From contig KZ538007.1 of assembly GCA_000934665.2 (NCBI GenBank), forward strand, positions 62,001 through 126,000: a stretch of 64,000 nucleotides of DNA, given 5' to 3'. Of this stretch, positions 12,977 to 25,118 are shown in pieces. The notes below the pieces were generated by a model. It had not been told where the DNA came from, did not search any database, and was given only the letters and a program-made list of their open reading frames with translations. A program made the position numbers and the translations under genes. The stretch's first letter is position 1. Each line of letters starts with the position of its first letter. Source of the stretch: Catajapyx aquilonaris. Taxonomy: Eukaryota.

Positions 12977-14738
12977 GTGTTTTCATTATTATTTTAGTTA
13001 CTTTTTGATTTAATATGCACCCTGCATGCTGCCGTAAATTCCGACGATGTAGTTCCCTCGCATCGCTTGATGTTTTGAGATCTTTCATAAGCCTTGAAGG
13101 CTCACCTGGAGTCTACTGTAATATAATTAGTAGTGTAAATTCCAGGCTGTGTTTCTTATTCATGCGCTTTGTGGGGCTACAAATATCACATTGCACGAAG
13201 TCTGATTAAGGACTGAATGCAGTGTTCAAATTTCAATGAGTAAGAAATTATGCATGTAGCCTAATTGCCGAAGCTGCATTTTAAAAAGTTCAACCTCCTG
13301 GGGCATATTTGGATTAATCTTGATGCTTGATTTAAAGTGTAGCCGGTAATCCTTTTATATACGTTCAGTGATTTTAAATGTGATTAAAATGGACAATTGG
13401 CACTAGTGACACTTTGTTACATTTAGATGGGTGCCATTGCGTCCGAGGTTGGTATGGCGCCTCAAAATGGCAGCCAGCCTACACATCAGCATCACGTGCA
13501 CCCAGAAGTACAGGTAAAGCTCCCTACTTTCAATTTTACACTAAGGAATTATCAATCTGAAAGAGTGATCGGTGTTAAAAGCTGTTAATTTTTTATGGTT
13601 ATTTCCATGTTATTTTTGCTGAGTACAGTTCAGCCATATGCTGTTTTGTCACGAACCTAATGAGTAATTGAAATCTTGTGGGCTGTTAGAGTTGTGTTAA
13701 AATTATTCAGGTGCAGACAGTTTAATCGTTGGACCATCTCTATTATGGAAGTTCACCTCCAGTAATTCCTTGTCATATGTCTGGTGAGATTCAATACTCA
13801 CATTGGACATTACAGCGACATATATTTTGAACTAGAACATCCCTGACAGATGCTGCACCTGGTTTCCTCTAAACGGTGCATGTGTTTATATCTTGATCCA
13901 AACTTGCTGTGTTGCCTTTTCCTGCATGATTTACCGCACACTGCTGTCGCCCACTTGTTACCACATAAAAGTGCATCTGAATCAATTTGCACTTGTTAAC
14001 TCGGTGCGTTTCGAGCGCTGGGAACAAAGTGGGGAAAATGGGTGTTTGGGAGGCGAAGCAGACCCTAAAGATGCATGGTGCAGTAGGGTAGAGAGGCCAG
14101 CAATGCCGTTGACACTTGACAGGTGGGAAGGGGCTGAGGTGTGGTGGGGACGGGGTGTTATCCTGCGGGTTTGTCATACGCCATGCAAGAGAAGGAAGGA
14201 AGTGAGGGCACGTAACCGCATGCTGCAAGCTTATGGCGTCGCTAACCATGCTGGGGGTCAATTAATTATGATCTGGTCGGGAGCTGCGGGCCACACGGGC
14301 AGAGGGACACGGACGTCAGGTGTAAGGCTAAAGCCTCACTTGTGGATCAAGCCTCACATAGTACTCACGCTATGTGCCTACCCAGATAATCAGAATGTTA
14401 ATGCAAGAGGAATGGCTCTTCACGCGGTTCGAACATAATTGGCTTCGTGTTTCAATAGAAAATAAGGGTGTTAATAGGCATAGTGTTGTACAAATCAAAT
14501 ATTACGGGAAGCGTTACATAGAACAAATATTGTGTTGTACAGTTAATGCTAATATTGGTTCATTGTAGGTTGTAACTCCGGTGAATATGTGCATAGTTTA
14601 TCCGATTGTACCTTGTATACATAACTTTAATACTAAATGACACTTGATGGAAGTGTGTTTAATCTTACATGCATGTATGTATTAATTAGGCCCTATAGTA
14701 CATATTGTCACATGTGGGATACATAAGGCTCGTTTAAT

Positions 14739-14787
14739 ATTTTAATTTGGTTATATTGACATTGGGTCAATATAATCAAATTAAAAT
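14739..14787. repeat. AT-rich hairpin, 22-bp stem with 1 mismatch, 5-nt loop
   Basis: ATTTTAATTTGGTTATATTGAC-attgg-GTCAATATAATCAAATTAAAAT. Confidence 0.85.
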
Positions 14788-17640
14788 TCCACCCATTTTC
14801 TTTTCATAGTTGGAAGTAAGAGTAATAATATACAAAATGTTATAGGCATAACTGTGCGGCACAATTCAAACCTCAAGCTTTTGAAAAAAAAAAAAAATCT
14901 TTTCCATTCACCCTTATCTCCCTCTGATTAAATGCAGTCCTGCGTAGTAGTGCTTGGCGAAGAGAAAGATTGAATGAAACATTTTACTCCTCCGCTTGTC
15001 AGAAAGTCTGGAGGGATTATTCCTAAAGTACACTCCAGATAATATTATTCAACTTTTTAGGAAAATCTGGAATTTGAAAAATGTTATCTCATTTGGTTAC
15101 CGTTATGGAAACAGCTCACGACGCATTAGTTCATATCCCTTCCTTTGTTAGGAGTCAACATTTTAATTAGAAGTATGGAAAATGTCAGGCCTACAGACTA
15201 ATCAGGGACGGTTGTGTGGTTAGTAAAAAGTTAAAACCTTAGGAAGTTTTTCCTTCCTCCCTAAGCTGTTTAAAGCTCGGGAATTCAAGCCATCAGACTG
15301 ATTTACATCAAAGACAGGGTTTGACAAGAGATTTTCAGGATGGGTTAAGACTTCACAATAGCTCCGACCCCTTTCCTCCTGCTCATTCCGCCACAAAACA
15401 TAAATCGGGCACTATTTGTCTTCGATTTAACACCAACTTACAGCGCACTCATGCAAAACGCAGAAACAATAGATTCGTTGAGACAGGTGCGTATACACTT
15501 ATTAGGAAAATGAGTTGTGTGGCTCCCTGGTGTCGAAGGTTTAATATTAATGAGACGCTTCTCTCATGAATGTATTTTGGAGAACCTTCTCTATAAATAG
15601 CAGATAGAAGCATCTCTTCTGCCCTGCCCCCTACTCTTCCTTCACCCATATTCTCTATGATGTGGCGGGAAGGAACCAGAAGCCGTACAAAACACAGACA
15701 TTAATTTTTAATGACTTGAAGGGGGGTGGCTTTGGTTGATTAATTATTGCGACTAAGGCAAAGTCGTCGAGCTCTTCTCCCCCATCGCCATGAAACTCTT
15801 CTCCCCCAACCCCCTTTGAGTAACCGGGCCCTTTTAGCAGATTGCGGAGGGACGTTGAGTCGGCCTGTGAGGTTAGCCTCAAGAATGTATATGCACCACT
15901 ACTACTTGATAATAATCTGCTCATTAGCCCTGAGAAGTTGAGCACTGAAGGCGGGTGAGTTAGAGCGGATGATGCAGGCTGTGTATATGACATTTGCCCC
16001 GTGGCGGCCCCTGCTGGTCCAAATGGCTCTGCGTGCGGTACCCCCTCCCCCCACCCCAACAAAAAAAAATTGTGTATAGCAAGGCACCAGCAGGTTGATT
16101 GTTGGAAATCATTTCGGGATGGATCGAGAGAGGAGGCTAATTGCGTCAGCATGGTTGGCCATGATATGCGCAATAAATAAAGTGTCGTCGTTTAGCGCGT
16201 CCATTAATGCTTCGTTACTGTCATAATGACGCGGTAATTTGGTTTAAAAAATGATTCAGAGGTAATAAGGACCATGCGCGATTAACTTGTCTTTTTTGTT
16301 ATGAATATGCCTGGGCGGGAGGATGACATGCCAATAGTTACAGCTAAATTGCTTTTATAGCTAAGCATAATAGCGGTTGGATTATGCAAGGTGTCGTTTT
16401 TTGATGTCGAGCTACTCGTTTGGTGCTATTTTAAGTAGCTAATTCTGCTTTAATTGCTACCTATTGGAATTTGCAATCCCCGGGGGTTTTAGTCCGGCAC
16501 CTTCAGATCATGGCTATAAAAGGAGTGTAGTACTATAGCCAGTAAATATATTAACTCCATCATGAGGCTATTATTTTGTAGCTAACTTCGTCATTATTTG
16601 CATTAGTTTATAACGACTTGATGTCCTCTACAATGAAAATTTGTAAATGGTTTCTATGCTGCAGGTACTGTACTGTACCTTATAACGTGTCACTTTCTTC
16701 ACATCCAGATGATCGCCTTTACATCATCCTCTTTCTCCTACTCCCTTAATGGTAACAAGTGTAATCGAAATTGTAAGGCGATACTGTACATATTTTTACA
16801 TATTTTTAGAAGTGCATGGTGCCTGAATTTACAAGATTATAATCACGTAAGCCTCGTAACTAAACCATTAAATAAGCAGCCACGGGCGAGGTATAACAAC
16901 ACCTTAATTAGGGTGATTACCATTAATTCAGCCTATGTTCGGCACTTGCAGACAGGAAGATAGGCAGGTGTAACAAATCTCCGTCATACTCGAATCAACA
17001 AGGGGTACAGTTAAACCTATTTGATGAGACCTGCCACCATATGGGTACCTTCTAATGATAATTCGATCCTGTATACAGTTACAGATATTAACATAGTAAC
17101 GTTTTTGTCACGGTTAGCCTAAAACATTGAATAATAATTGAAGAGAAAGTCATTTTGAACAAATTAATTATAACTAGGCACCAACTTGCCAAAATATGGC
17201 AAAAAATTAAGCGAAAGTGGAGAGGGAGAGGGAGAGAGAGGGAGAGAGAGAGGGAGGAGACACGCGAACCAGGCAGCGACATCCGACGGCGAAGTACCGA
17301 AGTAAGACGGTGCAGAAGTAAGCGAGTCGCCACCCTGGAGGTGGCTCCCCGCGGTCGGAGCGGCATTTATGGGGACTCCGTGGAAAGGTCGCGGTGTTTT
17401 TTTCAGGCGGTCGGCGTTTTTTTGCGTTTTATAAATTCCCTGGACACTCTTTCCAAAAAACAAAAGTTTAATGTAAATATAGAAAAGGCGGGCTAAATTA
17501 TGACATCACTCCCAATGCTGTAGGCCGTACACAGCGGGAGGAATCGCCCTCACAGTAGGGTATTAATAATATAGATACCCAGATACCCAGGTAGAAATGT
17601 CTATCACCTTACGTTAAACGGGAGCATTTTCAAGGGAGGA

Positions 17641-17796
17641 CTTTCGTAATGGGAGACCGAATGTGGTAGGGATCGGGGCACGCTGCACTAACCTACCTCA
17701 TGACCTAACCTTCCTTCCCAGCGGATACACGTCTATCCTTCAACGGATACACACCTAGGAAATTAGGTAAAAGTCCGCGGTCTCCTGTTAGGAAAG
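17641..17796. mobile_element. Degenerate MITE remnant with internal cctaacc-like repeats
   Basis: ctttcgtaatgggagaccg vs cggtctcctgttaggaaag are inverted; interior has ctaacctac and cctaacc. Confidence 0.35.
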
Positions 17797-18265
17797 ATTA
17801 GCCTTTTCAAGCCTCGGTCCGTAATATTTGAGGGCCAGTCTCCTATAGTAAAATGTCTGGTATGGATGGTTAGGTTTGTGGCGCCATTTAGTACAGCGAA
17901 CCTCCTCCTCCTCCTCACCACCAGTTTAATTAGATCTGTTTGGTTTTCTCGTGCTTTGTTATGCTTATTGACAATGACACCGGGGGTGGTGGAGGTCGTT
18001 GCGCCGGATAGAATCGGTTTTCGGCGTCCGAAAGTGGAGGTGACATGGAAGGCGGTTTTGGCCTCAGCCGCATTTCATCGCATTTCATCAGACACAGGGA
18101 TTGGCGGCGGTTCAACGCGGCCCCCACACACCATGCCTGCCTTAGCTTTTCCTGCTGACGTCAGGATCAGGAGCGCCTTCTAGGGGGGAAAAGCCTCATA
18201 AATGCGTCATGAGGGCTTCACATCTCGACAGACTGGGATGCCCACTGTATCGTATATATTACATA

Positions 18266-18635
18266 CAGGGTGAGAGCCTAGTACCGAAATTCTGGAAAAA
18301 AATATGGTTTTCAAAATGTATCGATTGACCGGAGAGTGGCAGTTGGCACTTTGCATTTCGGGTAGAAGGATTGTGCCCTCAAGTATTTATGGATAAGTGG
18401 AGGAAACTCGGGTGATTGCGGACTGCTCCTAGTGACGAAACTGTAATTGGACGAGTCAAGAAACTTCTGCGAGGTTTTTTTGGGGCGCGCGAAAAAACTT
18501 TTGGAGTTTGGAAGCTTCGGGGGTGCACTGACCCCTCGTCAGTATTATCGGACCGGTTGTGAAGTTTACACGTATCTACTCTAGAAAAATGCTCACGTAC
18601 GAACGGAAAAATTGGAATTTGGTATTGGCTTCATA
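18266..18635. mobile_element. Possible degenerate Tc1/mariner-type MITE
   Basis: TA|CAGGGTG left terminus. agcctagtaccgaaattc is weakly inverted with gaatttggtattggct near 18615-18630. Confidence 0.3.
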
Positions 18636-21600
18636 TTTAATGTAGTGTAACAGCTCATACATACAAACTTTGCAACAACCACAATCTAAACATAAATAAT
18701 ATGCTCATGAACGTACAGCCCAAACAATATTCTGATTAGTGCTGTTGGCATGATTTGCAAACGAGCTCCTTTTTAGCAAATGAAATGCAGTAGCGTTCAC
18801 ACTATTCCTTGAACAATACCCAGGCTCGAATGTCCTCAACGCCCTTGGCAACGCTGTTTGATGACCAATTCATAGCTGTGACGCAGCAAATCACTTCAGG
18901 CCTGGCCTGCCTCAGAATGATTGGTGCTAATGATTGTGGTGTGGGGGAGGCTTGTTTTCAACTCCGGCGCCGACGGGTGACGTTTACCGAAACATGCGGC
19001 TCATATTTTCGCTGTAGTTCTCTGCACACAGACCAACTGATGCGCTTGCCTGCAGGCGCTATTTGGAACAAAGAGAGCGAGAGAAAGAATCTAAAAAAAA
19101 TGTACGAGTAATATAAATGAGGTAACCCCCTGGAGTAACATGGATGGAATTTAATTCGTCCAACTTACACGGATTTCTACCCTACTCCCTGTGTATGAAA
19201 TTAATGATCGAGGATCAGTTTTCTGCGTTACTGACCTACGCTTCTGTTGTTTAGTGGTGTGAGTTACACACTGATGTGCGTTGTTGAGAGATAGGGTTCA
19301 TTAAGGGTGTTGCAATTATTCATTGTTGGGAGGAGGTAGCTGAAATTATGTCAGTTATGAGAAGTATTATACAGTATACTATTGTATACAGTAGAGTGCG
19401 TCGACCGATATTTTATAGGATATAACATTCAAAACTAGTTTTATTGGAATAATGGTTCCAGATGTGTCACGAGATTTAAAAAAAATAGATGTTACAGTGG
19501 TTGACTGGATTTTGACGGAAGCTGTCCACTTATATGATAGAGTAGGACGCGAGGGGCTTCAGTAGTTCCTTAAGTTTCTTAAGCTTATTTTCCAATTAAC
19601 TTTCGTAAGCTTCTTATTTCTAGCCAGTTAGCTGAGAGGTACAGAAGTGGAAGCCCACTCTTTTCAAGATTTGAGTTTCTCGCTGCGACCACTGACTTGT
19701 GTTGTGCTATATAACGTAAAAAAATAACTAGACCGTCACCTCCAGAGGAGTAGGCTTACACTTCAGCCACCTTTTTTGCCCTTTTATAATCTCTTCACTA
19801 TAGTAGAGTTCAAATGTCACTTCGCTTCCTGCTGACTTACTTCACAACTTATATTGAAAAGTAGCGAATTGAACGAAGTTTGGCAAATGAAGTCACTCGA
19901 TTTGCCAAGCAACTCAATATTTGTATTTGTACGTGTCGTATCAGCATACAGTCGCGAGAAAAATCGTTGCTGCAGAGACTAGTTGAAGCCCCTGATCATA
20001 GTCCCCATATTTTCTCTCTGTGACTCTAACCCCAGTTACATACACTACATGCTGCTAACAGAATTATACAAAAATTCCTCCAAATCCCCTGGATTTCCAC
20101 TAGCCATCGGGGATTTTGAACCTGACCAATTTAATATAGGCCAACCTGAAAACATAAAATATAAACAATAACTCTCTAAAATTGGTTCCAAGTTTGAGAA
20201 AGAGCCAACTGAATTTTTATGTGAATTAGTCCTATAGGATGTGGTTCCCGTAGGCTGTGAAATACAAACCACATCCGTTTGATGCGGTTTGCTTGCGGAT
20301 ATTACATGCCATCGCCCCCCTGCCTCCCCCACCTATACCCTAGCCTACCCCCCGCATTGCAACACTACCAGTATATTTCTCATTACTCCAGGTCCGAACG
20401 AGCCGCTAAATGGCGTGCAGTAATTCACAACGGAACGCGCGAATTTACCCAAATTAGAAGTCGTTTGCAGGTAGAGCTTGGTGCAATACAATCAGTGTCA
20501 TATTAATCGTTGGATTGCGGTCTACTCATTCCACATGCACGTGGAGCGGTGACAGTAGTAATTTATAAGTGCTTTTAAAGGACCGTACAGAGAGTGGGAG
20601 GGGGTGGGTGATGGATTTGCCCCCGGTTTCTCCAACTGCTGGGGGAATGATGAGGGAATGTTTCACTGGGAATGTTGGAAGGACCCGGGGAATGACCGGG
20701 GAATGTTTCAGAGAGAATGAGTACGGCGGGTCTCATGGGGAATGACTCAACTAGGGCTAAATCACTCGGTGCTTGCGGCTGCAACTTGGGGCAAGTCGTT
20801 TCGTGTGTTCTTTGGGCGCAATAAAGCGGACGTTTCGGTTATCAAACAGACTTGCGCATCGAGTGTCAAGCTGTAAAAAAAATTAGGTGAGGGTAGGGTG
20901 TGGGAGGATGGAAGACTTCCCTTTGGTCACAAACATGGTTCACCTGACTCATTGCAGCCCTGCGGCACAACTAGGCTCAATTTAGCCAGAGGAAACGCAT
21001 TTCAGTGCTGAATGCCAACAGGCCAAAAACGTGTTACCCGCCTCTATAACCCTGCCAATCAATGGACGGCCTAAATCGATAAGTCAATCCCACTCCTGGA
21101 AACTTGTATGGATTGAAAAGACCCCCCCTTCCAAACCTACCCTCCTCTTTCCCTCCCTCTCCCCGGAAGAATTGAAGTGTTCCATGTAAACAAGCCTCAC
21201 CCCAACTCCACACAAAGACTAGCTGATATATAACTTAGTATTTGGCGTCGCCTTTATTCATGGGAAGCTTTCCTCTGAGAATATATTTCTTTTGCGCCAA
21301 CCTTTTCCTGGACATGGGATGAAACTTTTTGGAGAAGCTTTCCCGCATTCCAAAAAAAAGTGGAATTTTCCAATGGATGATACCTGATTGGGAGTTGAAA
21401 TAATGAGCAGTGTTCCAATCCCCTCCAACCTTCTAATTAATGTGGGTGTGGAGTGCTCTCTGATAAGGATGGACAAAGGATGAGTGTCGCTAATCCTTGA
21501 TTTAGCCATTTTTCACAAGGTGGCAACGTCGAGGTATTTAATTCGAGGAGTATACAGCAGCTTTGATGACACTACCGTGCAGTATAATGATGCTGTAGTA

Positions 21601-22313
21601 AGTACGCAGAATATAATTACTCCATAACTAGCTAAAAAAATCGATGGGTTTCCAAAATCCAGTGTAGCTTGAAGGGATATGGAAAAAAATTGGGAAAGGA
21701 TAATATTTACAGCAGCCCCCCCCCCCCTGGCCGTAGGATATCTGCACATATTTTTTATACCGTGGAGTAAAAATTTCGACTCCATAATCGACACTCCCAC
21801 GTTTTCCACTGGTTTTGCAAACACAACCTCGCCGCACAGAAACCTATGTTCACTGCTTCGTCTAGTAAATTCCGCTGGGCTGTTTTATTTTTTTATAATC
21901 ATATCATATTCATCACGGTTGACCGGTATGGAAAACACACTGTCTACTCGCTCAGGTAGCAGTGAACACGAGCAAACACCAAGATGGTTCATTTAACACG
22001 CAAAATAGCCCAGGTCGCTTCATATGTTGTAGTGCCACTACATTTTTTCCACTTCTACTGCACATTTCTGCTGGCCTCTGACAAATATGCCCATCCACCT
22101 GTAGGCCTACATAATTATGGGAAAACTACATTATGTCAATGATAACGTGTCGTTAATAAAGTTCAGTATTTCTTTTACAAGTAGCCTTTCTGAGGCGGCC
22201 TAAGAAAGGCAAAAATGGTCCAATATTTAAATGTCCGATGACGTAACATACAGAAAATTAAAGGAAAAATGTGTGCTTCTGAATATACCAATAGTTAACG
22301 ACTAAAACATTGT

Positions 22314-22588
22314 AGGGAGGCATGGTGGTTTGGTGGTTACGCCACTGGCCAGCCAAGTGGGAGGCCGGGGTTCAAATCCCGTCCCCGTCACCTCTGCTTG
22401 GCCGGGTCTTTTTCCGCTTTTCACCCGACATTCCGGGGCAGAATTGTTCTCCCTACTCTGCCCATGGCCAGGAGAAAAGGCCTGGTGTTTAAAGAATGTC
22501 AGAAATGACTACCACACAACGCCCTCCCTTGGGAACCTCCCCTTCTCCCCTAAGAGGGCCTCGGGCCGTATCACGTGGTATTTTTTTA
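22314..22588 (+). mobile_element. Full-length tRNA-derived SINE (family A), 17-bp TSD, T-rich tail
   Basis: A-box TGGTTTGGTGG (22326-22336) and B-box GGTTCAAATCC (22369-22379). Perfect TSD AACGACTAAAACATTGT at 22297-22313 and 22589-22605. Confidence 0.92.
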
Positions 22589-22866
22589 AACGACTAAAAC
22601 ATTGTGGTAATCGCAAATTGTTTAGTATAGTTTTGCTACTGTTCTGGACTAAACAATTTTTTACATGCGTTTGAGAGCTGTCTCCTGCATGCATACAATG
22701 TAAGCGCCAGTTGCCAAAATATTCCAGGGCTTATGTTAGTTTTCGGATTGTTAAAACAGTTCGACACAATTGTAGTTATTTATGTGCGCTGAACAGCAAT
22801 CGCGTTTGAAGTGTCTTAATATTATGAGTCTAATGCTATACACTTCATTATTTTGCTTTGTAGAAG

Positions 22867-23191
22867 GGAGACGGAGTGGCGCCGCGGTAACGCGCGCGCC
22901 CACGGAAGTTAAGGTCCCGGGTTCAATCCCCACCCGGGGTTCCCACCTTCTTTCGTGCAGAGTTGGGCCATCTCTGGCTTCGTTTCGGGTGGCAATTTCC
23001 GATAGACTAAGCCACCCGGGGGAGTTCACAAAATGACCACTACTCGCCCGCGCACACGCACTTTGCACATCCCCTCCTAATTACCTTGGAGCATACTAAC
23101 AAGATTAAATCTTGACTCGCTCCAAAAATAATCCCGATGGTGGTAATCCACCCCCCATATATGTGTAGATATGGGGTAATGCAAAAAAAAA
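22867..23191 (+). mobile_element. Full-length tRNA-derived SINE (family B), 14-bp TSD, poly-A tail
   Basis: A-box TGGCGCCGCGG (22877-22887) and B-box GGTTCAATCCC (22920-22930). 3' stem-loop CCCCATAT/ATATGGGG, then an A9 tail. Perfect TSD TTGCTTTGTAGAAG at 22853-22866 and 23192-23205. Confidence 0.92.
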
Positions 23192-23591
23192 TTGCTTTGT
23201 AGAAGCACAGTTCATTCGAAGGTACTCTACAATTTATAGGCCTACCAATAGTTTACTGGTTTACGTCTAGATTACCGCTTGTATCCATGACAACTGCAGT
23301 ACTTTGATATGTTCCACGCCTGGTTGACTTTATGCTACTGCCCTACATTCCTTATACACAGTCTATTTTCCTCATTAGTAGTATCGAGCTAAAACAGGAG
23401 CTATTTGCAAATTGCTTTTAGGTCCAATGCGATTTTTTTCCTCATACGTCAGAATGAACAATGGAAGCAATTTATTATTGTTTCATTTAATTTTTGCAAT
23501 TCTGTCATTTTTGGTCATGTATTGCCTATATCTTGAAAATTGAAAATTAAACTCCATATGACTTGCAAAACGTAGTTATTCCCTTTCCTAT

Positions 23592-23650
23592 TGGTGAAAG
23601 AGGCAAGCATCTGCGCTGATAAGGTACAAGAAGTGAGTTCAATTCCCTCC
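23592..23650 (+). mobile_element. Possible isolated, decayed tRNA-like SINE head
   Basis: TGGTGAAAGAGG (A-box-like) and GAGTTCAATTCC (B-box-like) at tRNA-like spacing. No cloverleaf and no TSD. Confidence 0.35.
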
Positions 23651-24761
23651 GAAAAAAAACCCCGATCCTTTTCAACCTTAGAGGGGAAAAAAAGAAGAAA
23701 AAAAGTGACTGATTACGTTGTGGATCAATGAATCAGTAGGTTTCAGGTGTTTCTCCGACTTCACTATCTCCTCCCAATCTTAAGCAGTTCTCTCCAATAA
23801 TTTTTTCCTCCCCAAACCATCGTTCATCTTTGTCACAACACCATTCACAGGACGCAATGCAAATGGTGTTCCGTACACCCGATAGCACTAGGAAGTCCTG
23901 CCAGGGAAGTGCCATAAACTTGTCACCGAAGTAAGCTCCTGCGCTAACTGTCGCACCGAATTTCACAAGCGACTGCATCTAGACGGAAAATCAAAAATGG
24001 ATTGAATCAGTGACAGTATAGGCCGTGAGATTTTGGACAACCTCGGTCTCTGGGTCGCTTCCCACCCGAGTCGAAAGTTGTTGAGAATTGGACATGCGAA
24101 TTGCCGGAAACGGCACAACATGGACAAGTGCCCTCGGAGGATGGTTGGCGTACTGTTTGGTGGAGTTTTCCATCCCGGAGCACAATTGAGAAGAACCATG
24201 TCAGATGGAATGCTGGAGTGCTTACTTTTCACCCAGAAGGCCCCTCACCCCATCCTACCCCCGCTTTCCCCTCCTTTTTGTGGGGTGTGGCTACCGAATA
24301 AAAATGGGAAAGTTTCCACTCCCCTGCATTTCAGGGAGACACTAATGCACTTCCAGACCCACATTGGAAGAAGCAGTGAAGAATTATTCTCTTCAAATAG
24401 ACCCACCGCCAAGTGCATCAACGTTGCGAGAAGAATTTTTATTTCAGAGAGGGAGGACTACAGAGCGAAGTATCAAGCGGCAAGCCACCATGCCCCTTCT
24501 TTGCCTCACAGAATATTTCATTTATTTTTTGGACTTTTTATATACAGGTAGAGTGTTGTAGGCTAGAAGACAGGCGTCATTTTTCAACACGTCTCGAGCT
24601 AAGAATTCCGTTGAAGTGTTTAGATGTAATGCCACTGATTCACCAAGTTTATATTGTGTAAGGAAATGTCCCACAGTACAGACCACTCAAAGGCTATACA
24701 AAAACAGTAGTTATGTTATCTTAAGTGATTTATGACGAACTGGGGAAGATTATTGGTTACT

Positions 24762-24765
<4 letters not shown>

Positions 24766-24796
<31 letters not shown>

Positions 24797-25118
24797 TGTC
24801 TTGACTAAGGCGTGGGGACGGACATTGATCACTTTTCACTGCGAGTGTAAACTGATCTAACCTAACCTAACCTAACCTACCCTACCCTAAGTAACCTAGG
24901 CTGAGAAAAATTGACTTTTGTGAAACCCTACAAATGAAAATAGTGGGGACATGTCCCCACTAATTTACACATGTCCCCACTGTAATGGTACACTTCGCGT
25001 GTGTGAGACTGTGGGGACCGACAAATGTCCCCACAATTGGAACTGGTCCCCACAGCTACAGTAAAACCACAGACTTCCGTCCCCAGACCTTAGTCAAGAC
25101 CTGATCACACACACACAC
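24766..25118. mobile_element. MITE inserted in a (CA)n microsatellite, 25-bp TIRs, internal (CCTAA)n
   Basis: (CA)n flanks both sides in the same orientation. TIRs GTCTTGACTAAGGCGTGGGGACGGA (24798-24822) and TCCGTCCCCAGACCTTAGTCAAGAC (25076-25100) match at 23/25. Several GTGGGGAC/GTCCCCAC motifs; CCTAA repeats at ~24857-24890. Confidence 0.88.

Noticed and set aside
22314..22385. tRNA genes at the SINE heads (also 22867, 47779, 240)
   Set aside because: A/B boxes are present, but there is no intact cloverleaf. The heads continue into SINE bodies, three of them bounded by TSDs.
24857..24890. True telomere or chromosome-fusion relic
   Set aside because: Only a few CCTAA units, and they lie inside a MITE.
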